NCBI RefSeq assembly: GCF_009914755.1
Contig: NC_060939.1
Reading direction: 5' to 3' (one strand)
Length of the DNA: 64,000 bases
From: the human T2T-CHM13v2.0 reference genome, Homo sapiens
Part shown: positions 50,031-64,000 of the stretch, in pieces
How positions within the stretch are numbered: position 1 is the stretch's first letter
Layout of the letters: every line of letters begins with the position of its first letter
Notes under the pieces: generated by a model
Database searches by the model: none
What the model saw: only the letters and a program-made list of their open reading frames with translations
What the model was told of the DNA's origin: nothing
Made by a program: the position numbers and the translations under genes

Positions 50031-51733
50031 ACAGATGTTGAGCCCTATGTTAAGGCATTATTGCTCAAGGAAGGCTGCCAGCTACTTGACTACAGGTTAA
50101 TTACATCAGACCCTTCTTCTAATGGGGCAGCAATTTGTTCATTTTAGATTTTTACCTCCTGTAGATATGAGTTTGCCTTCTCTATCTATATTGTTTCTGC
50201 CAACACTTCTATCTGTGGACAGACAGAACTGGCATGGTATTCTGAATAACATGGTCCCAGCTTGAGGGACCTATTTTATGGAAAAGGGAGGGCTGACAAT
50301 GGCACACTGCAAAGGGTTCCCTTGGTATACCCATCAGCTGGAAGGAGCAAGCTCAACGCAACAATGACACGACCTGTTGGCTTAGCTAAGGGACTGGCTC
50401 TGGGACAACAATCTGCAGGGTTGGCATGCTGAGCTCCAGGATGCCATATGCACACTGAACTGGTGAGCAAACTGTGTCACCAGAAGCTAGAATACACAGG
50501 TCTGGCAAACGAAAGGGGAAGCAAGTTTGGTCCCCTTCACTATTGCTCCCAGTGACACTTAGGAAAGCTGTATTTCCTTGTCCTGAATCCTTAGATTCTG
50601 TTGTATTAGGGGTCCTATTTCCTAAGTGGTGAATGCTCCTATCAGGAATTCCTTTCAATTGGAAGCTATGACTGAGCTATGACTGTCATCTTGTTGGTCA
50701 CTTTGGCTCCTTATGCCCATGGTCCAGGAGGCAAAGAAAGTTATGGTGGATTCTTAGAATAGATTCTCCCAGAGGCAGGTCCTGGAATCAGGATTTGAGT
50801 GCAAATAGTTTATTTGGAAGACGATTGCAGGAAATACCAGAAGGGGAGTAGAGAAGTAAGATGGATTGAAGAAGGAAGCCAACATAAGATTGCTGTTGAG
50901 GAAAGAGGCACTCAACTCTGCTGAGGACATCTGGGAGAAATGTGGAACATGCCTTAGAGTTGTCTCACCAGAAAGGCAGAGAAACTGGGGTATTTATACA
51001 CTAATTTCTGCTGTTCCCAGAAGCTTCAACTCTGGGGCACCCTGTCCTGCACTGAATGGCAGTTAGGCATGCTCTGAAGGCTGGAGAAAGCCCACAGTCA
51101 GGGAGCAGTGGTGTTCACAGCAGGAAGTTGCTGAGTGCCCAACCACAGCAAATACTTAAATGATATGGGTGGGCTCTGTGTTGGAGCTTGATTTTCAGTA
51201 CAGTCATCCCTCCAGCTTTTCAAGATAAGGGCCTTTTTAAATGCCTCATGGAACCCTCTGGCTTTTACACTGTGCCCTGAGTTGATATCTGGCTGGCCCG
51301 TGGTTGTTATTTTCTTTCTTCGTCGTTCTTATGGCCATTAACAATAGCTAGTCAGTGCCATAATCCTTATGATCACCATCACCCCCTGATTTTTCCATAT
51401 GTCAGAGCCATTGTTTAAGCCTTTACATCTCCTTCCCCTATGCCCCTCCAAACCCACTGCACATGAGTGATGCTGCAGCATGGCAGGGGTGATGACCACT
51501 GCACTTACCACCAGAATTTCAATTCTTCTTGCCTTCTGGCCAGTGAGACATTCAATTCCAGGATCCCAGACTGATGATCTGCTTCCTGGGGCCACTTCCA
51601 GTACCAAATGTCTTAGTTTAGGTTCCCCTTGAAGCAGACTCTGAGACTAGACTTTCTGGATGAGTAGTTTGTTAGGGAGTGAAACACCAGTAGGGGCATG
51701 AGAGAGTGGGATAGGGCAGGGAAGGAAGCCCAT

Positions 51734-52039
51734 GTGGTGCAAGGGGTGGACTGTATACAGTGCCCATTGTGTATCTTCATATCCTTTCAGCCTCACTTTC
51801 TATCCCACTGTCCTTGTGGTTGCCAGTTCCACATAGGATTTGACCAGCTTCACGGAGGAGCAGCATGATGTCTCCTTTTTTCAGGCCTGTGCCAGTGCTT
51901 CTCACTTCCTGCCCCAAGCATACCAAACCCCAGGAACCTGCATTCAACTCACACATGTGCAACCTGGATGTTCAAGCCAAGTTCAATCCTATGACCAGTG
52001 GATGGGAGTGGGGGGCAGAACCAATGGATACATGCTTTC
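51734..52039 (+). repeat. Local direct duplication, copy A (306 bp), inserted inside the minus-strand LTR
   Basis: About 94% identical (17 substitutions by my count, no indels) to 53379-53684; offset 1645 bp. Confidence 0.95.
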
Positions 52040-52635
52040 TCTTAAGGAACAGGTCACCACTGTGGGTAACTGGGGCTCAGTCCTGCTAAGGATCTCCAAA
52101 AGACCATGTGGACATGCCCCAGAGTTGTCCCAGTCCCATCAGAGGGGCCACATAGCTGGGGTATTTATCTACCAACTCCTAGTCATCATTAGTTGTGACT
52201 GTCCCCAAAGTGTGCCCTTCTCAGTACCTCTGACCTGCTCTGAGGGCAGGCTGAGTGTGTTCCCACAGCCAGAGGGAGGCTTCATCAAGGAGTCTCTAGA
52301 GCTTGAGGTACGAAGCTCATGTGCATGTGACAGTGATTGTCAAGGGGATATGAATGGAGCACTGACAGCTTTAATATGAGAGGTGGGACATGTAATTTAC
52401 CCTAATGACCACAAGGTGCTGGGGCTGTGCTATACAATGGGGTCAGAAAGGAGCAGGTCTGGAGCCCAGAGGATTTACTGGAGTTTTATGGCATTTCCAT
52501 GCCTGGTGATCATGGTGAGTGGGCTGTTTCGGCAACCAAAATCCCACAACCACCAAGGTGATTAAGGGCTCACACCGTTCAGTGTAAAAGAACTGGGTCA
52601 CCTTGCCCAGTGAGCAGCAGAGATCAGCATGCTGG

Positions 52636-53198
52636 CAAAGGAAACCAAAATATTTCGTCCCAAAATATGCTTTGGCATATTTTGAGTTGGCTGTTCAGAA
52701 GGTCTACAAACAGAAGCTGTCTTTTGTAGGGGGAGATTTGCATCTGTAGAAAATCTGCATTGATGCTGCCAGGCATTTTCTGAAGCTTCCCTTTGTCTGG
52801 ATCTAGGAAAGATGAACTGAGTCTGACACCTTTAAAGAAACATTTACCATCTATTCTCTCTGAGGGCTGCTACCTTTGAGATTTCATCTACATAACAAGA
52901 TTACCTTTGCCAGTCAGGCCCACTCTTCTCTCTCTCCCATAGCCTGTCTTGCCACTATAACCTGATTCACCACCAAACTTGCTTTGCCATGGTCCTAGCC
53001 CCTATTCTTTCTATAGCCTTAAGATGGTATATAAACTTGTGAATCCCACTGGGAGGTTGGAATAATTATTCTGTGGTTCTCCCTTGTCTGCACGTTAATT
53101 CATTTTTATGCCTTTTCTCCAAATAATCTGCCTTTTGTCAGTTGACTCTTCAGCAAACCTTCAGAGGACAAACTGGAAGTTTTCCCTTGTGTCCTACA
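52636..53198 (+). mobile_element. LOR1-like ERV1 solo LTR
   Basis: aaggaaaccaaaatatttcgtcccaaaatat...ggaagttttcccttgtgtcctaca. 4-bp TSD CTGG (52632-52635 / 53199-53202) inside ERVL internal sequence. Confidence 0.8.
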
Positions 53199-53378
53199 CT
53201 GGCTGTGGGTGAGGCAAAGCTAGGGTGAGTGGTAGAGGGGAAGGATAATGGTTACTTACGGCTTCGGGGCCAGCTGCATTCTATCTTTGAAGATATTGTC
53301 GCTGACCATCACCTTGACCACCACCTTGAAGGGAACACTGTATGCACTGACCTTAATGAAGGACATGTGTAGAACTGA

Positions 53379-53684
53379 GTGGTGCAAGGGGTGGACTGTA
53401 TACAATGCCCGTTGTGTATCTTCATATCCTTTCAGCCTCACTTTCTATCCCACTGTCCTTGGGGTGGCCAGTTCCACATAGGCTTTGACCAGCTTCATGT
53501 GGGGGCAGCATGATGTCTCCTTTTTTCAGGCCTGTACCAGTACCTCTCACTTCCTGCCCCAAGCACACAGAACCCCAGGAACCTGCTTGCAACTCACACA
53601 TGTGCAACCTGGATGTTCAAGCCAAGTTCAATCCTATGACCAGTGGATGGGAGTGGGGGGCAGAACCAATGGATACATGCTTTC
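53379..53684 (+). repeat. Local direct duplication, copy B (306 bp), native PPT plus 5' part of LTR
   Basis: Matches 51734-52039; contiguous with ERVL internal sequence upstream. Confidence 0.95.
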
Positions 53685-53877
53685 CTTTCATTTTCTTTTC
53701 TTTTCTTTCTTTTCTTTTCTCTTTTCTTTTCTTTTCTTGTCAGCAGCAAACCCTGGGGTCTTTACTAACACTGTAGGGGCATTTAAAGTCTTTGGTCCTT
53801 CATTAGCAGCAAGTTAGTAACCCAAGAATGTAAAAATCCCATTTCTCCACATCCAGCTGATCAATATGCACTCAACA
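53684..53877 (-). pseudogene. Orphan retroposed 3'-end fragment (~140 nt unique body plus decayed poly(A)), source unknown
   Basis: TSD gatacatgcttt (53672-53683 / 53878-53889). (TTTTC)n tail 53684-53738. AGTAAA signal on the minus strand (53761-53766), 22 nt from the tail. Confidence 0.7.
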
Positions 53878-54384
53878 GATACATGCTTTTTCTTTTATCT
53901 CTGGGGAAGGCAGTTCTGGATACATTTCCTTTGCCTCCTCAGAAGCCATGGGATTGAGCACTGTTGTCCACAGAGGTAGCCAACTTGTGAACACATCCTT
54001 GGATCACCTTTTCCTTCTTGAGTGTCTTACTCCCCCTGTTCCTCACTTCTGCTTCTTGGGATTACTTTTAGAAAAGACTGACTTCAAGCAAGCTTTGGGG
54101 GAATTTAGACTAAGGTACTTAAGGTCTCATGTGTTATGGAATTAAGCTTCTGTGAGGTCACTTCAGTGTCACTTCCTTTTATTCCCTGTAAATCTGATTG
54201 CTGAAGCTCTATAATATCAAAAGTCAACACCTTTCTGAACTTCTCCCCAGACCTCAGGGAGGCTGGTGCTGTCTGCTTTGAGGATCTAACACTTTTTACC
54301 CTTTACTTCATCTGCATGTGGTTTTCTCAATGTCATTGCTGTTGAGGGGTGATCCTCTGGCCAGGGAACATAGTACTAGTTTAT

Positions 54385-54815
54385 TGTTGGGACATAACTC
54401 TCCATGGGGCTGTCATGTTTCTGCATGCCTTACAAATAGAGGCCTTTGTTCCAGACTACTTCTTTCAATGGTGTATATATCCAAATAGCCACGGAAGATA
54501 GAGTTAGTGTCTCCCTCTGGAGCAAAGGGCAGGCTTGCTTACTGCCCATTAGAAAATATTTAAGTTCCCTAACTTCAGTGTTCCTCTCCTGAAATGCAAC
54601 TCACTGAGTATGCAGGTGTCACCTGGCCCTCTTTACATTATCCTGTGGGACAAAAAAATCTGCTGATACTCTGACTGTTGTTATTACAGTGAGTCACACA
54701 GTCCTTTTTCTCTGACCCAGGAGTCTTGTGTCTTCTGCCAGCATCCATGAAACTGGCAGCTTAACTCATCAGCTTGTAAAAGTGATAAAACCTCAGGCTC
54801 TTCACAGTTATTGAT
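54385..54815 (+). mobile_element. LTR40-like ERVL LTR
   Basis: tgttgggacataactctccatggggctgtcatgtttctgca...gtctccctctggagcaaagggcaggcttgcttactgccc. Confidence 0.7.
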
Positions 54816-55783
54816 ATGTACTATTTTAGTCTTTGCTGAAATTCTAAAGCCACTTTCTTAAGCTATGTTCTTCCCTCAGCCTATGTTATTGCAAGAATTC
54901 ATTCAACAATCATTCAAAAAATTTTTTGAGGACTTCTTGTGTACCCAGTGCTATTATTGGGCCTGGAGATATGGTCGTAAATGAAATAGACAAACATCCT
55001 CACCCTCCTGGGCCTTATATCCTAGTGAAGCTTTAATCTGTATCATCAGCTTCCTCTCCTTGTTTTCTCTTTCTCTTTCTAGATAACTTGGACCTAAATT
55101 CACTGATGACACTTTTTCCATTCCCTCCTCTAACCCTGAGACCAAACACTTCCTCTCCCTGTGAAACTGATTTCCTTGAATTTCTGCTCAGATCAATATT
55201 GCCAACTCATCATACTTTGAGACGAAAAATCTAGATTCTGCTCCTGACATTGCCACCAACTCTATGGCCTTGAACATGTTGCTTTTGTTTTTATAAGCCT
55301 TCACTTCCTCATCTGTAAAATGGGTACAGTGATGTCTATCTTGCTGCTATTGGAGGGATTAGAGGGGATCACGTGTATAAAATCTCTAGATTTTTGTGCA
55401 GCACACAGTGACCGCTCAGTTGCCCTCCCTGATCCCAGCCCTAGCCCAATCCCCAGTGAGGATTGGTTGGAAAGGAGAAACCCAAGCACCTCTCATTTCC
55501 CATGTTCCTCTGATTTCTGACTCATGGCTGCTCAGATCTCATGTTGGGTCTGTGCCCTACTTTCACACCCTGATTTCCATACAGTAAGCTCAGCCGATTT
55601 CTGCTCATGATATGGCACAAAAACTAAAAATTCCACACGAAGAACATGGCTTCCTGCAGCCAGTAGCAGCAACTCCAGACAATTCATCACCAACTAGATT
55701 AGAATAACACTAACTTTTGCTACCATAGCAACTGCTATTGGTTGTGCAATCACTGACTTTGGAAGCTACTTAAAAATGTGCAA

Positions 55784-56006
55784 GGCCAGGCGCGATGGCT
55801 CACGCCTGTAATCCCAGCACTTTGGGAGGCCGAGGCGGGTGGATCACGAGGTCAGGAGATCGTAGCCATCCTGGCTAACATGGTGAAACCCTGTCTCTAC
55901 TAAAAATACAAAAAGAAATTAGCCGGGTGCAGTGGCGGGCACCTGCAGTCCCAGCTACTCGGGAGGCTGAGGCAGGAGAATGGCGTGAATCTGGGAGGTG
56001 GAACTT
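55784..56006 (+). mobile_element. AluY-like, 3'-truncated (no tail)
   Basis: ggccaggcgcgatggctcacgcctgtaatccc...ggatcacgaggtcaggagatcg...ctggctaac...gagaatggcgtgaa; ends at gaggtggaactt. Confidence 0.92.
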
Positions 56007-56069
56007 AGTTAAAAGAACCATTTTAAAACCATTTTAAAAAACCATTTTAAAGTTTTGCAATGGTTCCCT

Positions 56070-56769
56070 CATGCCCATAAAAAAGCAAATAGAAATTAAA
56101 AATAAGTGGCTTAATTCTTCCTATCAAAAATAAGGGAAGAGACTTCCTCCTCCCTTTTTCTCAGAGCATTTGCTTTAGAAAACTTGTAAGATTTTTCTCT
56201 GTCTCTTTGATATATATGTAAACCTTTTAAAAAGTGAAATAAGCCTATGGCCAGCTTTGCAACCCAAAGATCCAGGAACATCCTTTTTAAGGACTTAAGA
56301 ACCATTGCTTTGAATTGTAACTATCAGGGAAGATAGGGCCCTTATCTACCAGTTTCTGTGGGAAGGTAGGAGCCTCCAAGTTGTAAAACTACCTCCTGTC
56401 AAAAAGATAAAGAGAAGTTAATTTTCCCTTTGGGTAAAACCAATTAGCTAACATAGGGGGTCACCCAAACTATCAAGTGAATTTGAGATGAATTACATGA
56501 GACACATGATACTATCAAGTTCTTCTACTTGAGGACTAGTTATTGTTTATCTTGAGAACATGTATGCAGTGTGCTGTATCTGCTTGGTCAAATAAAAGGA
56601 TGAGAGTTCTCTCTATCTTTACTGTCTCTCTGTGAATTGCCTGAGACATGCATCACGTTCTGGTTTAATGCTCATTCAGTAATAAAAGTGTTGTCTCTCT
56701 CTTCCTCTACCTTTGTGGAGAGGTTTTCTGGGTTGCAAGGAGATTTTCTTTTAATTGTATTTCCCTAAC
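56070..56769 (+). mobile_element. ERV1-type LTR (MER89-like)
   Basis: cttaattcttcctatcaaaaataagggaagagac...agagcatttgctttagaaaacttgtaa...AATAAA...ttaattgtatttccctaaca. Confidence 0.65.
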
Positions 56770-57689
56770 ATCCACCAGAACCAGATATTTTGAAACAGCA
56801 CTTACAGAAGTTATCATAATGAATTTGTGGAAAAAGCTGGAGGAAAGTACACCGGGGAATTATAGAAGGAGAAGGAAACTATGTCCAACTTCCCTCCATT
56901 TCCTATCACCAAAGAAGGTGGTGGAGCCCTCATTCAGAATGAGCCCTGAAAGTGGTCCTCTAACATTAGCCTTGGGACATGCTGGAATTCTTTACCAGAT
57001 AATGCCATAGGATCATTGTCTTTGTCTTTTCAGAAAAAAAATCACTGGATATTTGCAGACTTAATTCTGTGCTAGACCTGAGTCTCTAATTCTGTGGTGC
57101 ATCACCCAGGTTAGGGAGCACCTCGGCCTCTGTCACAATCCCAGGGGCCAGGGGCACCATTCACATTGTAGCTTGTGTGGGTGACACCCCTAGAGTTGTG
57201 CAGTGCCAGTGGTGCCTCTGTATATTATGGTCCTAACGCTATGCCCCCAAAAGAGCTTATTTCAGAAAACTGGTGTTCAGTTTACCTATAACCACCTACT
57301 GCTCCTGCCTGAAAAATATCTGGGGATAAGTCCAGACAGAAGGCTCTTGAATATCCTAAGAGTTGTTCCTGCTTCTTCATGTCTACTGCAGAATCAGAGC
57401 TAGCTATGGAAGTAGAAGGAGTCTTGGGCTGATTTTGTTCCTTAGTAGCTGGGTGACCATGAATAAGTTATTTTTAAACGTTATATACCCTTGTCTGTTC
57501 ATCTAGGAACTGGTGACAGCACATATATCATAGGATAGGCAGAGATGTTTCTACATGACTGTCTTCTTGTCATTCAAATTGCATTTCAGAGAGGCTTTCC
57601 TTGTACATGCAAAATGAAGTAGCTCCTAGCCACTTGCTGCTTAATCCCTCTATTTTAATTCTTTGCATATTTTTATCATCAGCTGACAT

Positions 57690-57820
57690 TTCTTTCCTTC
57701 CCACCTTTCCTTTCTTCTTTCCCTTCATCCATTCCTCCCTTCTCTTCCCTACTCTTCCCTTCCCCTCCCTCCCTCCCTCCGTTCCTCCAACTTCCTAACT
57801 TCCTTCCTTTTCTCAATCTC
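57690..57820. repeat. Polypyrimidine (CTTC/CCT)-type low-complexity tract
   Basis: tctttccttcccacctttcctttcttctttcccttc...ccctccctccctcc. Confidence 0.8.
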
Positions 57821-59089
57821 CCCCATTAGAATGCAAGATCCATAAGTGCTTGGGATGTAGCCCTCAACAGAGGAGGCTAGTACACTTGTTTAGTTCATTC
57901 CTTGGCTGGGATTTCATACTATCATCTCGAAATTTTGAAAGAGACTTTCGTGTCTCTAACCTTGCAAAGCACAGCTTCCTGCCTGACCTTAACACTCCTC
58001 AGATATTTCAGATGAAGCCTTTTCACATTGAGCTTTTGGCCCATCCTGTCTTTTATAAACAAAGAACTGAGTTATGTCTCTGAAAAACAATCTGATCGAA
58101 TAGAGTCTCATGTTTCAAGTTTCCCAAGTTTCCCATTTTCAAGTGTCTCCTGGTGGGATCATCTTTCCTCTGTCTTTGGGAAGCATGATCATGTGTGTGA
58201 CACTGGAGGGCCCACACCTCTGCAGGGAACCAGGGGCTCAAGCCAAAGAGGCCCTTGCCTGAAGGATATAGTAAGAACCAAACCGCCCCTTGCTATTGTC
58301 ATTCAGACAGAAGGCAGAGAAGGGCCGCAAGGGGATTCCAGAAGCAGGGGTCAGACTGAATTCTGCTGAAATTTAACTGGGACTAAAGTGAGCACCAGGA
58401 TCAAGGTAATGTAATGTAAAAACAACTCTAGCCAGAGCCACAGGCATTTGACAGCTCCTCAGTGCACAATAAATACCAGCAGAAATATGAAGCACCTGGG
58501 CTGATAGCAAAGGTGGGCCCAGACCCTGAGTTACAGAACTGCCTGCCCAAAGACTGAGCAGAGGGTGCAGAGGTGTTGCGGACATGAAGGATCACATTCC
58601 AAATTCATCCCTGAGCAGAAGCCTGTTGTCAGAAACTCACAGTAGGGAGCAAGAGGACTTCACAAAGCTGTAATACTGTGGGGAATTTTAAATATTCACA
58701 TTTCTTAAACTAGCCTTTCTTCTAAGACATGAAGTGTCTTTCAAAACCATATGGCAGGAGCACACTCAATGTATAATAAAATCCTTGGTTTTGGTAATCA
58801 TGACGAAGCTGTTGCAGTGTTAAATGATGCCACTTGATGGATTGTGAACACGAAAGTGCCACAGTCAACAAGAGCTGGGAGTTTAATATTTTTAACAATC
58901 TCTGAAGGCCTGAGAAAGAATGAAGCAAAATGCCAACAGGTGCTCTTGGCCAGCTTACGGGTTGCCCAAGAAAGAAGAAGGAATGACGGGGACAAAGAGG
59001 AGGAGGAATGGAATAAAGAAAAGAAAATAACTTGCAGAGGGAGTAGAATAGAATCTAGTTTTTCTTTTGATAAGTCATTATACTGATAA

Positions 59090-59448
<359 letters not shown>

Positions 59449-59869
59449 TAGTGGAGCAGAGATATTCTGCTTGGAGGAGATGGCCGCCAGTTGGAACACC
59501 ACCTCCTGGTCTAATCTCCTATTGGAGTGGGAGGTGCGAACATCAAGTGTGTAGGGAGCCGAGGAAGGCAGGAAACGGGCTGTGAGTTGGCCTCGGCTTC
59601 CCTGGGTGAATAGTTTTATTTGCGGTGATGGACTCTCCATTCCTCAGCCCCCTAGACACACACCCAAAAGTCTGTCCTACAGGAAAAAAGAAATACACCG
59701 GAGGGCTCTCTCTAAAGAAATGGCATGGTCCTGAGCCAGAACATCCCACCTGGGTATTTGGGAGTCACCCTGCTAGACCCCTCAGCTGGTTCCCTGCTTG
59801 TCGCCCTAAGCAAACGAGGCCATCTGCATGCACAGATCTCTCTCTGCTCTCTTGTTGTCTCACTCTTGC

Positions 59870-62075
<2,206 letters not shown>

Positions 62076-63376
62076 AAGAAATAGATTTGTGTGGCCCAGG
62101 CCACCAGTATACATTATCAAATCCACTTAGTTCATCATTGTCTTGTGTCTGTGATACTGAGAGGTAGGAATCAGAATCTGGCCTGTTCTTTTTCAACCTA
62201 CATATCAAATGTGAATCCAAATGCTCCAGGAGAGTCTTCAGGGATCATGGTATGCAAATGAAGACCCACTGTTTTTCAAATAACATGGTTCTTTCATATT
62301 GAATCCTATCTCTGTAGGAGGATTGACAAATGTTCTCTATTATCAACCACGACTTAATATACTTTCAGTGGAGGGCTATGGAGGGTGCTGGTAGTCAGGG
62401 GAGGGATGGGATAGAAGACAATGTTCCCTTTTACAGTAGTCTTAGTGGTGACCCTAACTCCTAGAGAGACTCCTAGAAAGGTCTTCATCTGTCACCTGCC
62501 ACCATCCTGGTGCATTTTGGAGAATGCATTAGAAGATCAGTCCAGATACTAAAGAAAAAAATCAGTTCATCAAAACAAGCATGGGAATCAAAACTGATAT
62601 TTGGCTGCAGCTTCTGACATTCAGAAGGAGAAAAAGGCACAAAGAAGGCAGCCATTAAGAGACTTCATCTAACCAGAAGAGGCAGTTCCTAAGTCAGATG
62701 ACTGATAACATTGAAGACAAACAACTGGGTGTGCCAGATATACACAGGAGGCCCAGTAGTGGCGAATGATGAGGTAAGTTTTATAATTATCTGCCTGGAA
62801 GAGATGTCTCATTATCACCTTTTAGAGAGCATGAATCCATGTGAGCCAGATTTGTTCATTATGTAGCTTTCTCAACAATGGTTTATTTAGGGTCAACTTA
62901 ATAAGAGTTTGGGAAAGAAGGTAGAGAAAGATTTCCTTGTTCCAATTATATTTCTCCATGTGATAGTCTGTAGGCTTCTGGGGGTTGCTGTCTACAACTC
63001 CTAAATGTATGGAATTTTGGCAATTATCCAATTCAAATGTTTGAATGTAGATTTCATGGCTGAAAAATCTAGTTTGACAATTGAAATGGGCATTGACCAC
63101 ATTTTATGGATGTTTAGAATTTTTTGAGCCACATTGCTACATTCAGAGAACATCTACCCTTACAAGTCTGATCTTCCTTAAGGGAGAACCTTGAAAACTT
63201 TCTCTAGCTTTCCTGGTGTCTAGGATGTAGGGATATGACCTCATTTCTACTAATCAGTCTTACCTACTTGAGATGTTAATTTGAATGACAGTAACATGAG
63301 GAGGGGGCTCTGGGTGGAATCATGTTGCTAATGTGGTTGCTGCTGAGGTTTCTGGCTTTCAGAGATGGAGCATCTG

Positions 63377-63753
63377 TGTATTAGTCCATTTTCACATGAC
63401 TATAAATAATGCCTGAGACTCAGTAATTTATAAAGGAAAGAGGTTTAATTGATTCACAGTTCTGCATGGCTGGGGAGGCCTCAGGAAAATTACAATCATA
63501 GTGGAAAGTGAAGGGGAAGCAAGGCACATCTTACATTGTGGCAGGAGAGAAAGAGAGAGAGAGAGAGAGTGAAAGCAAGGAAGTGCCACACTTAAAACCA
63601 TCAGCTCTCTGAGAACTCCATCACTATCATGAGAATAGCATGGGGGAAACCACCCAGTCACCTCCCACCAGGTCCCTCCTCAGCAGGTGGAGATTACAAT
63701 TCAGATTACAATTTGATATGAAATTTGGGTGGGGATACAACCAAATCATGTCA
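63377..63753 (-). mobile_element. THE1/MSTA-type MaLR solo LTR nested in an older MLT1
   Basis: tgtattagtccattttcac...gaaagaggtttaattgattcacagttctgcatggctggggaggcctcagg...ccaaatcatgtca. 5-bp TSD ATCTG (63372-63376 / 63754-63758). Confidence 0.9.
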
Positions 63754-64000
63754 ATCTGCAAGGTGGAGTGGAACCAGGGGGACAGTGGTGGTGGAAGAAG
63801 TGAAGGAGGACTCATCAGTAGGACAGTTCTATGGTGTGGTTTGGTCATTGATGTGTAAATCTTAGACTCAAGCTTCAGCTTTTCCAAAAGTTTAGGGAGC
63901 AATGCACTCTCCTTTAATGAACTAATTTTCTGTGTCATCAGCTAGACTTGGTCTTTGTTGCTTGCAGCCCAGAATTCTAATCAATGCAGTGATCTGTGCT

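Larger units (their letters stand above)
50090..54117. mobile_element. Cluster of ERVL internal fragments and LTR33/LTR16-like LTRs (minus LTR 51609-52375; plus internal 52380-53396 with PPT gcaaggggtggac, then LTR 53397-54117)
   Basis: ERVL-int motifs (gatatgagtttgccttc, ggtccaggaggcaaagaaag, ggggccacttccagtaccaa). LTR termini tgtcttagtttaggttcccc and ...ggggaatttagactaaggta. Confidence 0.65.

Noticed and set aside
51734-53684. Reading the 306 bp repeats as paired LTRs of a small provirus
   Set aside because: Both copies include the upstream PPT, the left copy is partial and interrupts another LTR, and there is no flanking TSD.

Overview
Primate (most likely human) genomic DNA carrying the 5' end of RASGRF1 on the minus strand. 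Coding exon 1 (12205->11930, 92 codons, N-terminal PH domain) sits in a CpG island (~11.15-13.57 kb). Intron 1 lies to the left (1-11929) and ~51 kb of upstream intergenic DNA lies to the right. No other protein-coding exon is supportable; the remaining ORFs are GC-rich or repeat artefacts. The upstream region is dominated by interspersed repeats (Alu, L1M/HAL1, L2, MIR, MaLR/ERVL/ERV1 LTRs, hAT MITEs), many nested with readable target-site duplications (TSDs). Repeat subfamily names are from recognition of consensus sequences and need RepeatMasker confirmation. I see no evidence of a wholly new multi-gene system. The best second-look items are: (1) an AUG-UAA start-stop element and a strong-Kozak uORF in the RASGRF1 leader; (2) an RE1/REST-like site and a USF/TFE E-box in the promoter; (3) a ~0.9 kb CACCACA-type repeat just upstream; (4) a near-perfect pre-miRNA-like hairpin at 45.5 kb; (5) an orphan polyadenylated retro-insert with TSDs at 53.7 kb, whose insertion site coincides with the end of a 306 bp local duplication; (6) a 147 bp dispersed duplication in intron 1 carrying a CCAAT box; (7) a twin-priming inversion in an old L1MC.
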